Source: a virus (lineage: Duplodnaviria; Caudoviricetes). Taken from it: a DNA stretch of 24,028 bases. A program made the translations under genes and the position numbers. The notes under the pieces are model-generated. The model was not told the DNA's origin and made no database searches. It saw only the letters and a list, made by a program, of their open reading frames with translations. Where the stretch lies: the IMG/VR virus record IMGVR_UViG_3300047288_000016, positions 1 to 24,028 of that record; one strand, 5' to 3'. Below, one piece after another: positions 14,680 to 24,028 of this stretch (positions are counted from its first letter, which is position 1; each line of letters starts with the position of its first letter).

Positions 14680-14681
14680 TC

Positions 14682-15068
14682 ATGTCAGCAATCTCGAATT
14701 ATCTGGAGGATGCGCTTATTAACGCAACCCTCCGCAATACCGCCTACACCTCTCCCACAACCGTTTATGTTGGTCTGTTTACGACTGACCCCACGGATGC
14801 TGGCTCTGGTACGGAAGTGTCTGGTGGCTCTTACGCCCGTACTTCTGCCACGTTTGCCGCACCTAGCAACGGATCATCGTCTACCAATGCAGACGTACAG
14901 TTTCCCCAAGCTACGGGCAATTGGGGTACGGTTACGCACTTTGGTTTGTTTGACGCACTTACAAGCGGTAATTTGTTGTATCACGGTGCGCTTACGGCAA
15001 GCAAAACGATTGAGACGGGCGATGTGTTCAAGATCGCTTCCGGCAACTTGACAGTTACGCTTGCATAA
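14682..15068 (+). CDS. Virion structural protein (tail-associated)
   Basis: T/S/G-rich beta protein, SNYLE...VYVGLFTTDP...EVSGGSYAR; GAGG RBS. Confidence 0.7.
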   Translation: MSAISNYLEDALINATLRNTAYTSPTTVYVGLFTTDPTDAGSGTEVSGGSYARTSATFAAPSNGSSSTNADVQFPQATGNWGTVTHFGLFDALTSGNLLYHGALTASKTIETGDVFKIASGNLTVTLA

Positions 15069-15658
15069 TGGCAGATGTGTGCGGCCCCTTTACGCTAGAT
15101 CAGCTAGACGTATTCGGAGGTATTGACCAATTAGGCATTACGCTTGACAGCCCTATTTGGCAATCTGCAAATACTTGTTTATTAACGTCAACGGCTTCTG
15201 TTTCTGGCGTTGGCACACTATCCGGAAACGCTATTCGTGTCCGTTTGTCTGTTGCTTCTATAACGGGTACTGGTACTGTATCTAGCAATGCAATCCGTGT
15301 GAGATTGTCTACTGGGTCTATTACGGGAACTGGGTCTGTTTCACTAGACGCTATCCGTGAAAGGCTTACATCAGGCAGCGTGACGGGCACAGGAACGGCT
15401 ACAGGTCTTGGTGGCGTAGAGTATTCTGGAGAAGCAAGCATTATCGGTATAGGTACGGTAGACGCTACGGCGTGGGCTATCTGGGACAGCCAAGGAAATA
15501 TCACCGGAATAGCCTTTGTAGCGGCTGATGGCGGCGTATTGGGCGAGGAATGGGTAGAGATTCCCGCAGACGCTAATGTGTGGACAGACTTATCGGCAGG
15601 CTCGGAGGTGTGGCTTCCTGTGCCTGAAGGGACAAATACATGGCTACGAAAAGGGTAG
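15068..15658 (+). CDS. Structural protein with 20-aa repeats
   Basis: Repeats of the form (A/G)S(I/V)TGTGTVSxxAIRVRLS. Confidence 0.7.
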   Translation: MADVCGPFTLDQLDVFGGIDQLGITLDSPIWQSANTCLLTSTASVSGVGTLSGNAIRVRLSVASITGTGTVSSNAIRVRLSTGSITGTGSVSLDAIRERLTSGSVTGTGTATGLGGVEYSGEASIIGIGTVDATAWAIWDSQGNITGIAFVAADGGVLGEEWVEIPADANVWTDLSAGSEVWLPVPEGTNTWLRKG

Positions 15659-17061
15659 TATTTGGCGAGTGGACACCGGATCAGCCCGGCTTGGCTACAT
15701 CGCTAACAGATGCGCTAAATGTCGTGCCAGAGCTAAATGGGTACGGCCCTCTCCCCTCGGTTAACGTGCTATCCGATAACGCCTCTGAGAACCTTCTAAC
15801 CACGTTTGTGGGCAAGTTTGGCGGCACGGTTCAGCTATTTGCTGGCGGCGAGACAAAGCTGTTTAAGTTTGACCCAAATGATCTGGACTTGGATGATGTG
15901 TCTAAATCGGGTGGATATACGGGTGTCACCGATTGGAACGTCACTCAGTTTGGTAAGGTTCTGATTGCGGCAAACGGTAACAACGTGCTTCAGTCTTGGA
16001 CAATCGGAACGTCTACAGCATGGGCTGATCTGTCCGCATCTGCTCCTACGGCTCAGTTTATTACGGTTGTGCGGGACTTTGTGGTGGCAGCCAGGAATAC
16101 AGCTAACCCTAACCGTGTCTACTGGTCGGACATTAACGATGAGACGGATTGGGTGTCTGGCACTACCTCTCAGTCAGACTTCCAAGATATCCCTGATGGC
16201 GGCAACATACAAGGTATTACGGGTGGCGAATTCGGGCTTGTATTGCTAGAGAACGCTATCTACCGTATGTCCTACATTGGTAGCCCGCTGTTCTTCCAAT
16301 TCGACGCTATTTCCCGCACCTTGGGGTGCTACGAGCCAAACAGTATCGTCCAGCAGGGTGGGCGCACGTTCTTTCTCTCGGACGATGGGTTTTATGTGTG
16401 CGATGGGCAAAATGTTACGCCTATCGGTGCAGAGAAAGTAGACCGCTGGTTTTTCGATGATGCAGACGAGGGCAATCTAGATAAGATGTCTGCTGCTATA
16501 GACCCAGAGCGTCATGTTGTCGTCTGGTGCTATCCCAACACCAACGCAGGGCAGTCCATGCTCCTGTTTAACTGGCAAACGGGCAAGTGGTCGCACAGCA
16601 TCACCACAGCAGACTATGTGGCAAATGCCGCTACAACAGGCACAACGCTAGAACAGTTGGATATCTACACATCGCTTGAGGGTGTTCCTGCCTCGCTAGA
16701 CTCACGCCTGTGGGCTGGTGGCAAGCCGATCTTTGCGGGCGTAAGAGATGCCCAGATCGTGCTGTTTGGTGGAGCGCCAAAGGATGCTGAGATCATCACC
16801 GGAGACATTCAGGAAGGCGCTCAGTCAATCATAAAAATGGCATACCCACAGGTAGATAACGGGTCTGCATCTGTTGCTGTTTCCTCTCGCTTTAGGCTAG
16901 ATGAGGCAATTGCTTTTGGCTCTGATATCCCCGCTACGTCTGAAAACAGGGTGTCTCTCAGGTCTGTTGGGCGTTATCATAGACTAAAGATAAAACCAAC
17001 CGGAAACTGGACGGACATGATGGCGATTGATGTTGAAATGCAACCAGTAGGTGCTAGATAA
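15640..17061 (+). CDS. Tail hub/nozzle protein (P22 gp10-like, probable beta-propeller)
   Basis: 473 aa, beta-rich, NRVYWSDIND and FFLSDDGFY; position in the podovirus tail module. Confidence 0.65.
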   Translation: MATKRVVFGEWTPDQPGLATSLTDALNVVPELNGYGPLPSVNVLSDNASENLLTTFVGKFGGTVQLFAGGETKLFKFDPNDLDLDDVSKSGGYTGVTDWNVTQFGKVLIAANGNNVLQSWTIGTSTAWADLSASAPTAQFITVVRDFVVAARNTANPNRVYWSDINDETDWVSGTTSQSDFQDIPDGGNIQGITGGEFGLVLLENAIYRMSYIGSPLFFQFDAISRTLGCYEPNSIVQQGGRTFFLSDDGFYVCDGQNVTPIGAEKVDRWFFDDADEGNLDKMSAAIDPERHVVVWCYPNTNAGQSMLLFNWQTGKWSHSITTADYVANAATTGTTLEQLDIYTSLEGVPASLDSRLWAGGKPIFAGVRDAQIVLFGGAPKDAEIITGDIQEGAQSIIKMAYPQVDNGSASVAVSSRFRLDEAIAFGSDIPATSENRVSLRSVGRYHRLKIKPTGNWTDMMAIDVEMQPVGAR

Positions 17062-17843
17062 TGTTCCGCAGATTAGCGCCTCAGGGGGCTAGTCCTCGTG
17101 AGATATCCGAGGTTGTCAACAACATCCTCAACGGCAAGACCAACAACACCGGCAGTATCACATTGGATACAGGTGGGGCTAGTACGACAACCCTGTACGA
17201 TGAACGTATCAGCCCTGATAGCAAGATCATCATCCTTCCGGCATCTGCTGCGGCATTTGCCGATACAGCGCCTTATGGGATGTTTAGCAACAACACAGAC
17301 CAACTAGCACCTAGTGCGGGTACGTCTGCGGTTGTCACATGGGATACGACAGAGTTTTCTAACGGTGTAACCCTTAGCAATACCACAAGGCTGAACGTAG
17401 CCAACGGTGGGCTGTATAACGTGCAGTTCTCGCTACAGCTACAGAACAGCACAAACGATGGTCAGTTTGCAGATGTGTGGTTTCGTGTGAATGGGGCAGA
17501 TGTTGTGCGGTCAGCTTCTAGGTTCGGCTTGCCAGCTAGAAAGTCCACGGGCGATCCGTCTCATCTAATTGGGTCAATGAACGCTTTCCTAGACCTAGAT
17601 GCCGGGGACTATATAGAGATTGCTGGTGCGGTTTCCAATGTAGGCGTGTCGCTAGAGCATTTTCCTGCTGACACAGGCATTCCTCGTCCCGCCATCCCTG
17701 CCGCAATTATTACGCTAGATTACATCGCACCATTGGCATACTCGGATGTGTATGTGTCTAGCCAAGGATTCGGTCAGGCAACGATTACGCATTGGGCAAA
17801 CAGTACTGCGAACAAGACTTATTCTTATGTGATTGTCGGATGA
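17061..17843 (+). CDS. Structural protein with an internal C1q/TNF-like jelly-roll domain
   Basis: VVTWDTTEFSNGV...GLYNVQFSLQL...VWFRVNG...LDLDAGDYIEI pattern. Confidence 0.6.
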   Translation: MFRRLAPQGASPREISEVVNNILNGKTNNTGSITLDTGGASTTTLYDERISPDSKIIILPASAAAFADTAPYGMFSNNTDQLAPSAGTSAVVTWDTTEFSNGVTLSNTTRLNVANGGLYNVQFSLQLQNSTNDGQFADVWFRVNGADVVRSASRFGLPARKSTGDPSHLIGSMNAFLDLDAGDYIEIAGAVSNVGVSLEHFPADTGIPRPAIPAAIITLDYIAPLAYSDVYVSSQGFGQATITHWANSTANKTYSYVIVG

Positions 17844-18226
17844 TGTACAGGCTAGTAGAACCAACCGAACTCAGGAATACATGGCGATTTGTACGACCTG
17901 GGCTAGAGCATATCTTGCGTAAGTCACCGGAGTGGTGGATACCGGAGGATGTGTATACGGCTCTGTCGGAGAACAAGGCGAACCTCTGGCTGTGGCTAGA
18001 AAATGATCGGGCGGTGGGGTTTGTGATTGGCTATTTGCACGGCGATACGTTCATTATCTGGTGTGCTTACGGCAAGCCAACGGATATCGAGAAAGCGTTT
18101 CAAGAAATTGAGGAAATGGTGAAGGATAAATGCAAACGCATTACCTTTGAATCGTGGCGGCAAGGTTGGGATAAGGTCGCTAGAAAATTAGGATTTAGCC
18201 CACGAGGTTGGGTGAAGGAGCTTTGA
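17840..18226 (+). CDS. GNAT-like (acetyltransferase-fold) protein preceding the ejection proteins
   Basis: ATGA coupling; AVGFVIG...CKRITFESWRQGWDKVARKLGF. Confidence 0.55.
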   Translation: MMYRLVEPTELRNTWRFVRPGLEHILRKSPEWWIPEDVYTALSENKANLWLWLENDRAVGFVIGYLHGDTFIIWCAYGKPTDIEKAFQEIEEMVKDKCKRITFESWRQGWDKVARKLGFSPRGWVKEL

Positions 18227-18227
18227 T

Positions 18228-19271
18228 ATGTCTATGGGTGGCGGTGGTGGCGGCGAACAAACAGTCCGCACAGAACTTGATCCGGCAATTCGTCCTTACG
18301 TTCAGTTTGGGCTGGATGAGGCTAAACGCCTCTACGGTGCAGGCCCAATGGAGTACTATCCAGGGCAGACGTATGTCGGCGCATCTGACCTTACCCAACA
18401 GGGTATGCAGATGGCACAACAACGTGCCTTGGCTGGTAGCCCTCTCGTACAGGGCGCACAGCAGACCGTAGGAGCGCTACAAACAGCGATGAACCCTGCT
18501 TTGGGTGCTTATGGTGATATCTACGGCAGAGCCGCCTATAACCCCGCTATGGGGCTTACAGGGCAAACGGCTAGTGGCGCGTATCTCGGTGGCAACCCGT
18601 TCTTTCAGGGAGCATTCCAACCCGCTGCCCGTGCTGCTCAGGATGTGTTTGAGCAGAACATTCAGAATATCTCGTCCCAAGCCTCTCAAGCTGGTCGATA
18701 CGGTTCTGGGGCGATGGGTCAGCTACAAGACCGTGCTTCTGGTCAATTTGCTCAGGCGCTTACAGACGTTGCCGGACAGCTTGCGTATCAAAACTATGGT
18801 GCAGAACGTGGACTTCAAGAAGCGGCTATACAGAACCTTGGCGGTCTATCCAATCAGGCTTTGCAAACTCAGTTGGCAGCGGCTGGTGGTCTTGGTCAAA
18901 CGGCTGCGAGCGACTTTGCCAGACAGCTACAGGCTGCCCAATTGTCGCCAGAAATGGCAGCACAAGACTACGCCGATATCCAGCGCCTCATTGACTTGGG
19001 GCAGATGCAGGAGGGCTATCAGGAACTGGCTCTCGCGGATGCGATGAACAGGTTCAACTTCCAACAAGCTGCGCCGTACTCTGCTCTGCAATCCTATCTG
19101 TCGGCTGCATACGGTGCGCCGATGGGTACGCAAACCTCTCAGCCGATCTTCCGCAACCAGTTAGGCGGTGCATTGTCTGGCGGTCTAGCGGGTCTAGGAT
19201 TGGCGGGTGCAGCAGGAATCAACCCGTACTTGGGTGGCGCACTAGGCGCTGGTGCAGGACTCTTGGGGTAA
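18228..19271 (+). CDS. Internal virion / DNA ejection protein
   Basis: Poly-G N-terminus, Q/A/G-rich body and hydrophobic Gly-rich C-terminus; AAGGAG RBS. Confidence 0.65.
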   Translation: MSMGGGGGGEQTVRTELDPAIRPYVQFGLDEAKRLYGAGPMEYYPGQTYVGASDLTQQGMQMAQQRALAGSPLVQGAQQTVGALQTAMNPALGAYGDIYGRAAYNPAMGLTGQTASGAYLGGNPFFQGAFQPAARAAQDVFEQNIQNISSQASQAGRYGSGAMGQLQDRASGQFAQALTDVAGQLAYQNYGAERGLQEAAIQNLGGLSNQALQTQLAAAGGLGQTAASDFARQLQAAQLSPEMAAQDYADIQRLIDLGQMQEGYQELALADAMNRFNFQQAAPYSALQSYLSAAYGAPMGTQTSQPIFRNQLGGALSGGLAGLGLAGAAGINPYLGGALGAGAGLLG

Positions 19272-19275
19272 GAAA

Positions 19276-19857
19276 ATGAGTGGATTAGAACCAATCCTGA
19301 TCGGTGCTGCTATCGGTGGTGGCGTATCTGCTGCTACGGGTGGCAATCCTTTATTGGGCGCTGCTCTAGGCGCTGCTGGTGGTGGTTTAGGAGGCTTTGC
19401 TGGTGGTGCTGGAGGTGCGGCTAGTGGAGCAGCCGGAGGCGCTACAGGCGGTGCTGCTGGCGGGACGGTAGGTGGTGCTACTGGCGCTACAGCGGCTCAA
19501 GCATTCCCTGTTGCGGCTCAAGCGGCTATTCCCGCCGCACCATTAGCCGGATCGTCTGCATCAATGGTAACAAACCCTTTGCTTGCTGAAATGGCTGCGA
19601 TGGATGCAGCTTTGGCGGCTGGTGGAGAGGGGTTTGCCAAGACAGCAGGCTTGAGTTTGCTGGATTCTGCTTCACTAGACAAAATGCTACCTTTAGCGGG
19701 TCAGATGATGGGCGGCGGTCAAAAACAGCAACCGATGGCTATGTCTGCGCCACAAATGCGTAGAGGGCAAGCACCACAGGTACAACAGCCGATTGATGAG
19801 CTAATGCGGATGCAGATGATGGCACAGCGCCAGCGCCGCCCAATCTCTCTTTTATGA
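19276..19857 (+). CDS. Gly/Ala-rich putative ejection/pilot protein
   Basis: Hydrophobic glycine-zipper N-terminus MSGLEPILIGAAIGGGVSAATGG; start reassigned to ATG 19276. Confidence 0.6.
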   Translation: MSGLEPILIGAAIGGGVSAATGGNPLLGAALGAAGGGLGGFAGGAGGAASGAAGGATGGAAGGTVGGATGATAAQAFPVAAQAAIPAAPLAGSSASMVTNPLLAEMAAMDAALAAGGEGFAKTAGLSLLDSASLDKMLPLAGQMMGGGQKQQPMAMSAPQMRRGQAPQVQQPIDELMRMQMMAQRQRRPISLL

Positions 19858-19864
19858 GGTAATT

Positions 19865-20935
19865 ATGGCAACAGGACTTTTATCCGGCTTGCTTGGTCAA
19901 GACGAGGAACAAACGCCAGAGCAACAAGCCAGAAGCAACGCTTTGTTGATGGCTGGTTTACAGGGTCTGATAGCAAGCGGCCCCTCTCTAGCGCCAACAT
20001 CGTTTGGACAAATTCTTGGTCAAGCAGGGATGACAGGCTTATCCGCTTACAATCAGTCGCTAGAACAAGCCCAAGCAAACCAAATGGCTCAACAGATGCA
20101 ACAAGCGCTTTCTGGTGGCGAAGGACAACCTGGAGGTGCTAATGTTGCTGACCGTTACCGCCAATTAGCAATTCAGCTTTCTGCTCGTGACCCGCAAAAG
20201 GCTAATTTGTACCTACAAATGGCTGACAAACTAGAGGGCGATGTCGGAAAGTTTACGGGTAATGCAGCAAACCTTGCTTTCTCAATGTATGGCACGGCTA
20301 ACGTAGACGAATTAACGCCAGAGCAACGACAGAGCGTTATGAATACGTTGCAACAGCAGTCAACATCAGCGGCTAGGGCTGGCGCACCTGTTGTTAACGT
20401 CAAGTATGGCGAATCGTTCGGCACTAAGTTAGCAGGAAACCAAGCCCAGATGATTCAAGACAGCTTTGGTCAAGCAAAGAGTGCTTCTAGCACTATTGAT
20501 ACGGTTAGCAGAATTATTCCGTTGGTTAACGAATCGTTTACCGGCCCAGGCTCAACTGCTCAAACGGCTCTCGCTCAGATTGGCGAAAAGTTAGGTGTTG
20601 GCGGGAAAGATAGGCAGGAACAGTTAGTTAACACAGCAAGTATCTTCAAAGCAGCAGCACAGCTAGAACTTGATGCCGCTTCTGCTATGAGAGGTCAAGG
20701 GCAAATTACCGAAAACGAACGGGCAATTTTGCGGAAAGCCGCATCGTTTGATCCGACACAATCAAACGCATCTGAAATTAACGAAATTCTTAATACCATT
20801 AACTCTGTGGCTGCTAAACGGATGGCAAGCCACAACCAGATGCTTGATCGGTTTATTGAAACCCAAGACCCATCAATCAGACCTCAGCTTGAGCTGTACC
20901 GAGTTGCGCCACCAGTTCCTGTGCGGAGAAAATAA
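19865..20935 (+). CDS. Putative DNA ejection protein
   Basis: Q/A-rich and helical, GQGQITENERAIL; GAGGT RBS. Confidence 0.6.
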   Translation: MATGLLSGLLGQDEEQTPEQQARSNALLMAGLQGLIASGPSLAPTSFGQILGQAGMTGLSAYNQSLEQAQANQMAQQMQQALSGGEGQPGGANVADRYRQLAIQLSARDPQKANLYLQMADKLEGDVGKFTGNAANLAFSMYGTANVDELTPEQRQSVMNTLQQQSTSAARAGAPVVNVKYGESFGTKLAGNQAQMIQDSFGQAKSASSTIDTVSRIIPLVNESFTGPGSTAQTALAQIGEKLGVGGKDRQEQLVNTASIFKAAAQLELDAASAMRGQGQITENERAILRKAASFDPTQSNASEINEILNTINSVAAKRMASHNQMLDRFIETQDPSIRPQLELYRVAPPVPVRRK

Positions 20936-22786
20936 ATGGATACATTTGAGGTTGATTTGCCAACCGGAACTGTTGAGGTTAAGGCAAATAATGAATATGA
21001 GGCGTATGTCAAAGCATTACAAATGCAACGCCAAGCACAGCAGGTGCCAACACCACAAGCACCAACGGTTCAAGCGCAAAGACCAGAAGGTACACCAACG
21101 CCAGATCAACCTATATTTGAAGCTGGTGGTCTAATTGCAAAGGGCGCACAAGAACGTATTGGTGAGATGCAACGGGGCTTAACAGGTCAGGCTCTACGGT
21201 TTGGCGAAATGATGGGAATCGCACCAGAGGGTTCTGTTGACCTATTCCAGCAAGCCCTGCAAAGAGAGCGTGACCAGCGTTCCGTTATGGATCAGCCTGT
21301 TGACCGCACGTTTGGCGAATACATTGGTGGCGCATTGCCGGATATTGCTTTAGGGCTAGGAGCTGGTGGTACGCTTAGAGCCGCTGGTCGAGGTTTGTCT
21401 GGTGTTATGCCAAGAACCGGGCAGGCTTTGCAATATGTTGGCGAGTCTATGTATATGCCTCGCACAGCACCGCAAGCGGCATTAGGTGGTGCCTTATACG
21501 GTCAAACGATGCCTTATGCGTCCGGTCAAGAGGCTATGGTCGGTACGGGTGCAACGGCATTAGCTGGTGGCGTAGCACAACCATTCTTGCGAGCAGCAGG
21601 GCTTACGGGTCAACCAGCAAGCCAATTGCCACAAGCACAACAAGAAGCCGCTAGACGGGCTATTGAGGCTGGTTTCCAGTTCCCCGTGTCTGAGATGACA
21701 GGTAGCGCAACGGGTCGGTTCTTGGGTGAGGGTTTGAAAGCATTGCCGTTTGGCCGTGGTGCTTACGATGCGCTGGCAGAAGGAAACCAAAAGACTGTTA
21801 ATACGATTGTTAACCGTTCTATCGGGCTTCCGGCAAACATTGAGCTTACGCCAACTACCTTGCAATCTGTAAAAGACTCAGCCATTACTGCTTACGATAA
21901 TCTGCAAAATATCCCCACCATCAAGCTAGACCAACAGTTTGCCAATTCGGTTGATGCTTTGATTGCACAGTTATCTGCTGGTGCTAAATCAACCAGAGGA
22001 GAGACTGGCGCAACTAAAGCGTTAAATGTTTTGCAGGATTTCCGTAGATACGTCAACAGCGGTTTGGATGGTGAGGGGGTTAAGCAAAACCTGCGTAGCC
22101 TTACAGATTTGGCTTTCCAAGCATCTAAACAAGGCAAGATTGCAGGACAGACCTATAAGACTTTGCGGGAAGAATTTGAGAACGCTATTGACCGTAGCCT
22201 AAACAATTCTGCTCAGTCTGGATTGATCCGACCTGACCTGATCCAAAACTATCGTGATGCCCGTCAGAAACTAGCCAATGTCTTTGTTGTCGAGAATGCG
22301 TTCGATGAGGCAACCGGAAAAATATCTGGCAAGAAAATAGCGTCTGCACTCAGTAAGCGGTCTGATTACGGAACTCGTGGAACTGATCTGGAAACAGCGG
22401 CTATTGGGTCAACGGTTTTCCCTGAGTACATTGGGTCTTCTGGTACGGCAGAGCGCACTCAGTCAGCAGAATTGTTGAAAGGCTTGTTCACTGGTGGCGC
22501 TGGTGCGGCTGGTATGTATGGCGCTATACAAGACCCAACCATCGCTGCATTGGCTGGTGGTAGCCTGATTGCTCCTTATTTGGCTGGACGGGCAGCTACT
22601 GCAAAACCAATTAGGGATATTGTTGCTCGCAGGCAATTAGGCGCTATCCCGCCAGACGAAAGTAAGATTGCTGCTGGTATGCGTATGTTTGAGCAGGCCA
22701 TACCAGAGACAGCACGTTACGGGCTAGGTGCAGGAACAAGGGCAATGCTTGAGCGTTACCTTAACCGTGGATTATTGGGTGAATAA
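20936..22786 (+). CDS. Large putative DNA ejection protein
   Basis: 616 aa, A/G-rich with hydrophobic segments, ending GLLGE; last gene of the ejection cluster. Confidence 0.6.
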   Translation: MDTFEVDLPTGTVEVKANNEYEAYVKALQMQRQAQQVPTPQAPTVQAQRPEGTPTPDQPIFEAGGLIAKGAQERIGEMQRGLTGQALRFGEMMGIAPEGSVDLFQQALQRERDQRSVMDQPVDRTFGEYIGGALPDIALGLGAGGTLRAAGRGLSGVMPRTGQALQYVGESMYMPRTAPQAALGGALYGQTMPYASGQEAMVGTGATALAGGVAQPFLRAAGLTGQPASQLPQAQQEAARRAIEAGFQFPVSEMTGSATGRFLGEGLKALPFGRGAYDALAEGNQKTVNTIVNRSIGLPANIELTPTTLQSVKDSAITAYDNLQNIPTIKLDQQFANSVDALIAQLSAGAKSTRGETGATKALNVLQDFRRYVNSGLDGEGVKQNLRSLTDLAFQASKQGKIAGQTYKTLREEFENAIDRSLNNSAQSGLIRPDLIQNYRDARQKLANVFVVENAFDEATGKISGKKIASALSKRSDYGTRGTDLETAAIGSTVFPEYIGSSGTAERTQSAELLKGLFTGGAGAAGMYGAIQDPTIAALAGGSLIAPYLAGRAATAKPIRDIVARRQLGAIPPDESKIAAGMRMFEQAIPETARYGLGAGTRAMLERYLNRGLLGE

Positions 22787-23575
22787 ATGGCAAAGACAAA
22801 GATTTCTGAGTTCGACTCTAACCCCGCTAACAATACGGATATCGACGGTATTAACCTAGCAGAGGGCATGGCTCCTGGTCTGGTGAACAACGCTATACGG
22901 GAGCTAATGGCACAACTAAAAGACTTTCAAATAGGCTCTGCAAGCGATAACTTTACCGTTGGCGGCAATCTGGCTGTTACGGGTACGTCTGCGCTTACGG
23001 GCAACGTCACCATTACTGGCACGGCTACGATGTCTGGCAGGGCTGTAGATGCCTTCCCTAGCGGTACTAAGATGCTGTTTCAGCAGACATCTGCGCCTAC
23101 AGGGTGGACTAAAGACACTACGCACGATAACAAGGCTCTGCGTATCGTTTCTGGTACGGCAGGATCGGGTGGGTCGGTAAACTTTACTACGGCATTTGGC
23201 AGCCAGAACGTTGGCGCTACTGCGCTCACAGAGGCACAGCTTCCAAGCCATACGCACTCGTTTAGTGGCTCTACAGCATCTGCTGGCTCTCATAGCCATT
23301 CTGTAAGCGATCCGGGTCACACTCATGTCCAAGACGGTAATATTGGTGGCAATTTCCTGTATAGCGCTGGTGGTGGCAACCCTGGCGTAGGCGTTCCGCT
23401 GCAAACGAACGTAAATGTCTCTACATCAACTACTGGCATAACAATTGGTTCTGCTGGCGATCACACTCACTCAGTATCAGGAACAATTGGATCTACTGGT
23501 AGTGGCGCAACACACACGCACACGCTAGACTTAGCCGTATCCTATGTAGACGTAATTATCTGCACTAAAGCATGA
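22787..23575 (+). CDS. Tail fibre protein
   Basis: N-terminal anchor, collar-like FPSGTKMLFQQTSAPTGWTK, five HxH motifs, and C-terminal YVDVIICTK. Confidence 0.8.
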   Translation: MAKTKISEFDSNPANNTDIDGINLAEGMAPGLVNNAIRELMAQLKDFQIGSASDNFTVGGNLAVTGTSALTGNVTITGTATMSGRAVDAFPSGTKMLFQQTSAPTGWTKDTTHDNKALRIVSGTAGSGGSVNFTTAFGSQNVGATALTEAQLPSHTHSFSGSTASAGSHSHSVSDPGHTHVQDGNIGGNFLYSAGGGNPGVGVPLQTNVNVSTSTTGITIGSAGDHTHSVSGTIGSTGSGATHTHTLDLAVSYVDVIICTKA

Positions 23576-23850
23576 AACTAGAACCTGGCACATTCTGCCC
23601 GCTTATCAAGAAAGACTGCATCCAAACGAAATGCGCTTGGTTTACTCAACTCAGGGGACATAACCCCAATACCGGAAAAGAGGTAGACGAGTGGGGATGT
23701 GCTATCGCTTGGATGCCAGTGCTTATGATTGAGAACAGTCAGCAACAGAGGCAGACAGGTGCTGCGGTAGAGTCATTCAGAAATGAGATGGTGCAGGCTA
23801 ACGCTTCCACAGCAGAGCTAATCGCCAACCAACAGAAATTATTGGGGTAA
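23572..23850 (+). CDS. Cys-rich hypothetical protein following the tail fibre
   Basis: CPLIKKDC...CAWF...WGCAIAWMP; ATGA coupling. Confidence 0.7.
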   Translation: MKLEPGTFCPLIKKDCIQTKCAWFTQLRGHNPNTGKEVDEWGCAIAWMPVLMIENSQQQRQTGAAVESFRNEMVQANASTAELIANQQKLLG

Positions 23851-23852
23851 TT

Positions 23853-24028
23853 ATGTCCAAGGACAAGATCAGCCAATACAGCACTACCAATGCGCTGAAT
23901 ACCGATATTGGCGGTATAGATATAGACGAGAACTGTTTACCGTCTAACCTGAACGATGCTATTCGTGAGGTGATGGTTCAGCTAAAGGAGTTCCAAGACG
24001 GTTCTAGCGGCGACTCTCTTACGATTGC
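23853..24028 (+). CDS. Second tail fibre/spike protein (5' part only)
   Basis: MSKDKISQYSTTNALNTDIGGIDIDENCLPSNLNDAIREVMVQLKEFQDGSSGDSLTI is paralogous to the N-terminus of the 22787 protein. Confidence 0.75.
   Translation, partial: MSKDKISQYSTTNALNTDIGGIDIDENCLPSNLNDAIREVMVQLKEFQDGSSGDSLTI

Noticed and set aside
18505-19047. 180-aa alternate-frame ORF
   Set aside because: It lies wholly inside the ejection-protein gene, with no RBS or motifs.
22787-24028. Diversity-generating retroelement or invertible tail-fibre cassette
   Set aside because: No reverse transcriptase, invertase or near-identical DNA repeats were seen; the similarity is at the protein level only.

Overview
A 24-kb piece of a tailed dsDNA phage genome with a P22-like podovirus layout, probably infecting a proteobacterium. 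The minus-strand early arm (1-3270) carries an SSB-like gene, a YqaJ exonuclease, an ERF recombinase, a PD-(D/E)XK nuclease, a P-like replication gene and an RHH-fused replication protein. A ~740-bp divergent intergenic region follows, with promoters, palindromic operators, a large structured RNA candidate, AT-rich tandem repeats and a small RNA candidate with an anti-Shine-Dalgarno loop. The plus-strand arm encodes glycosyltransferases, small basic proteins, terminases, portal, scaffold, major capsid, tail, ejection and tail-fibre proteins. The clearest unusual feature is that the major capsid gene is split after codon 18 by a 952-nt group I intron (11231-12182), which encodes an HTH-HTH-NUMOD3-HNH homing endonuclease. 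The least explained part is the non-coding RNA cluster at 3426-4000. All calls come from reading the sequence by eye; no searches or folding programs were run.
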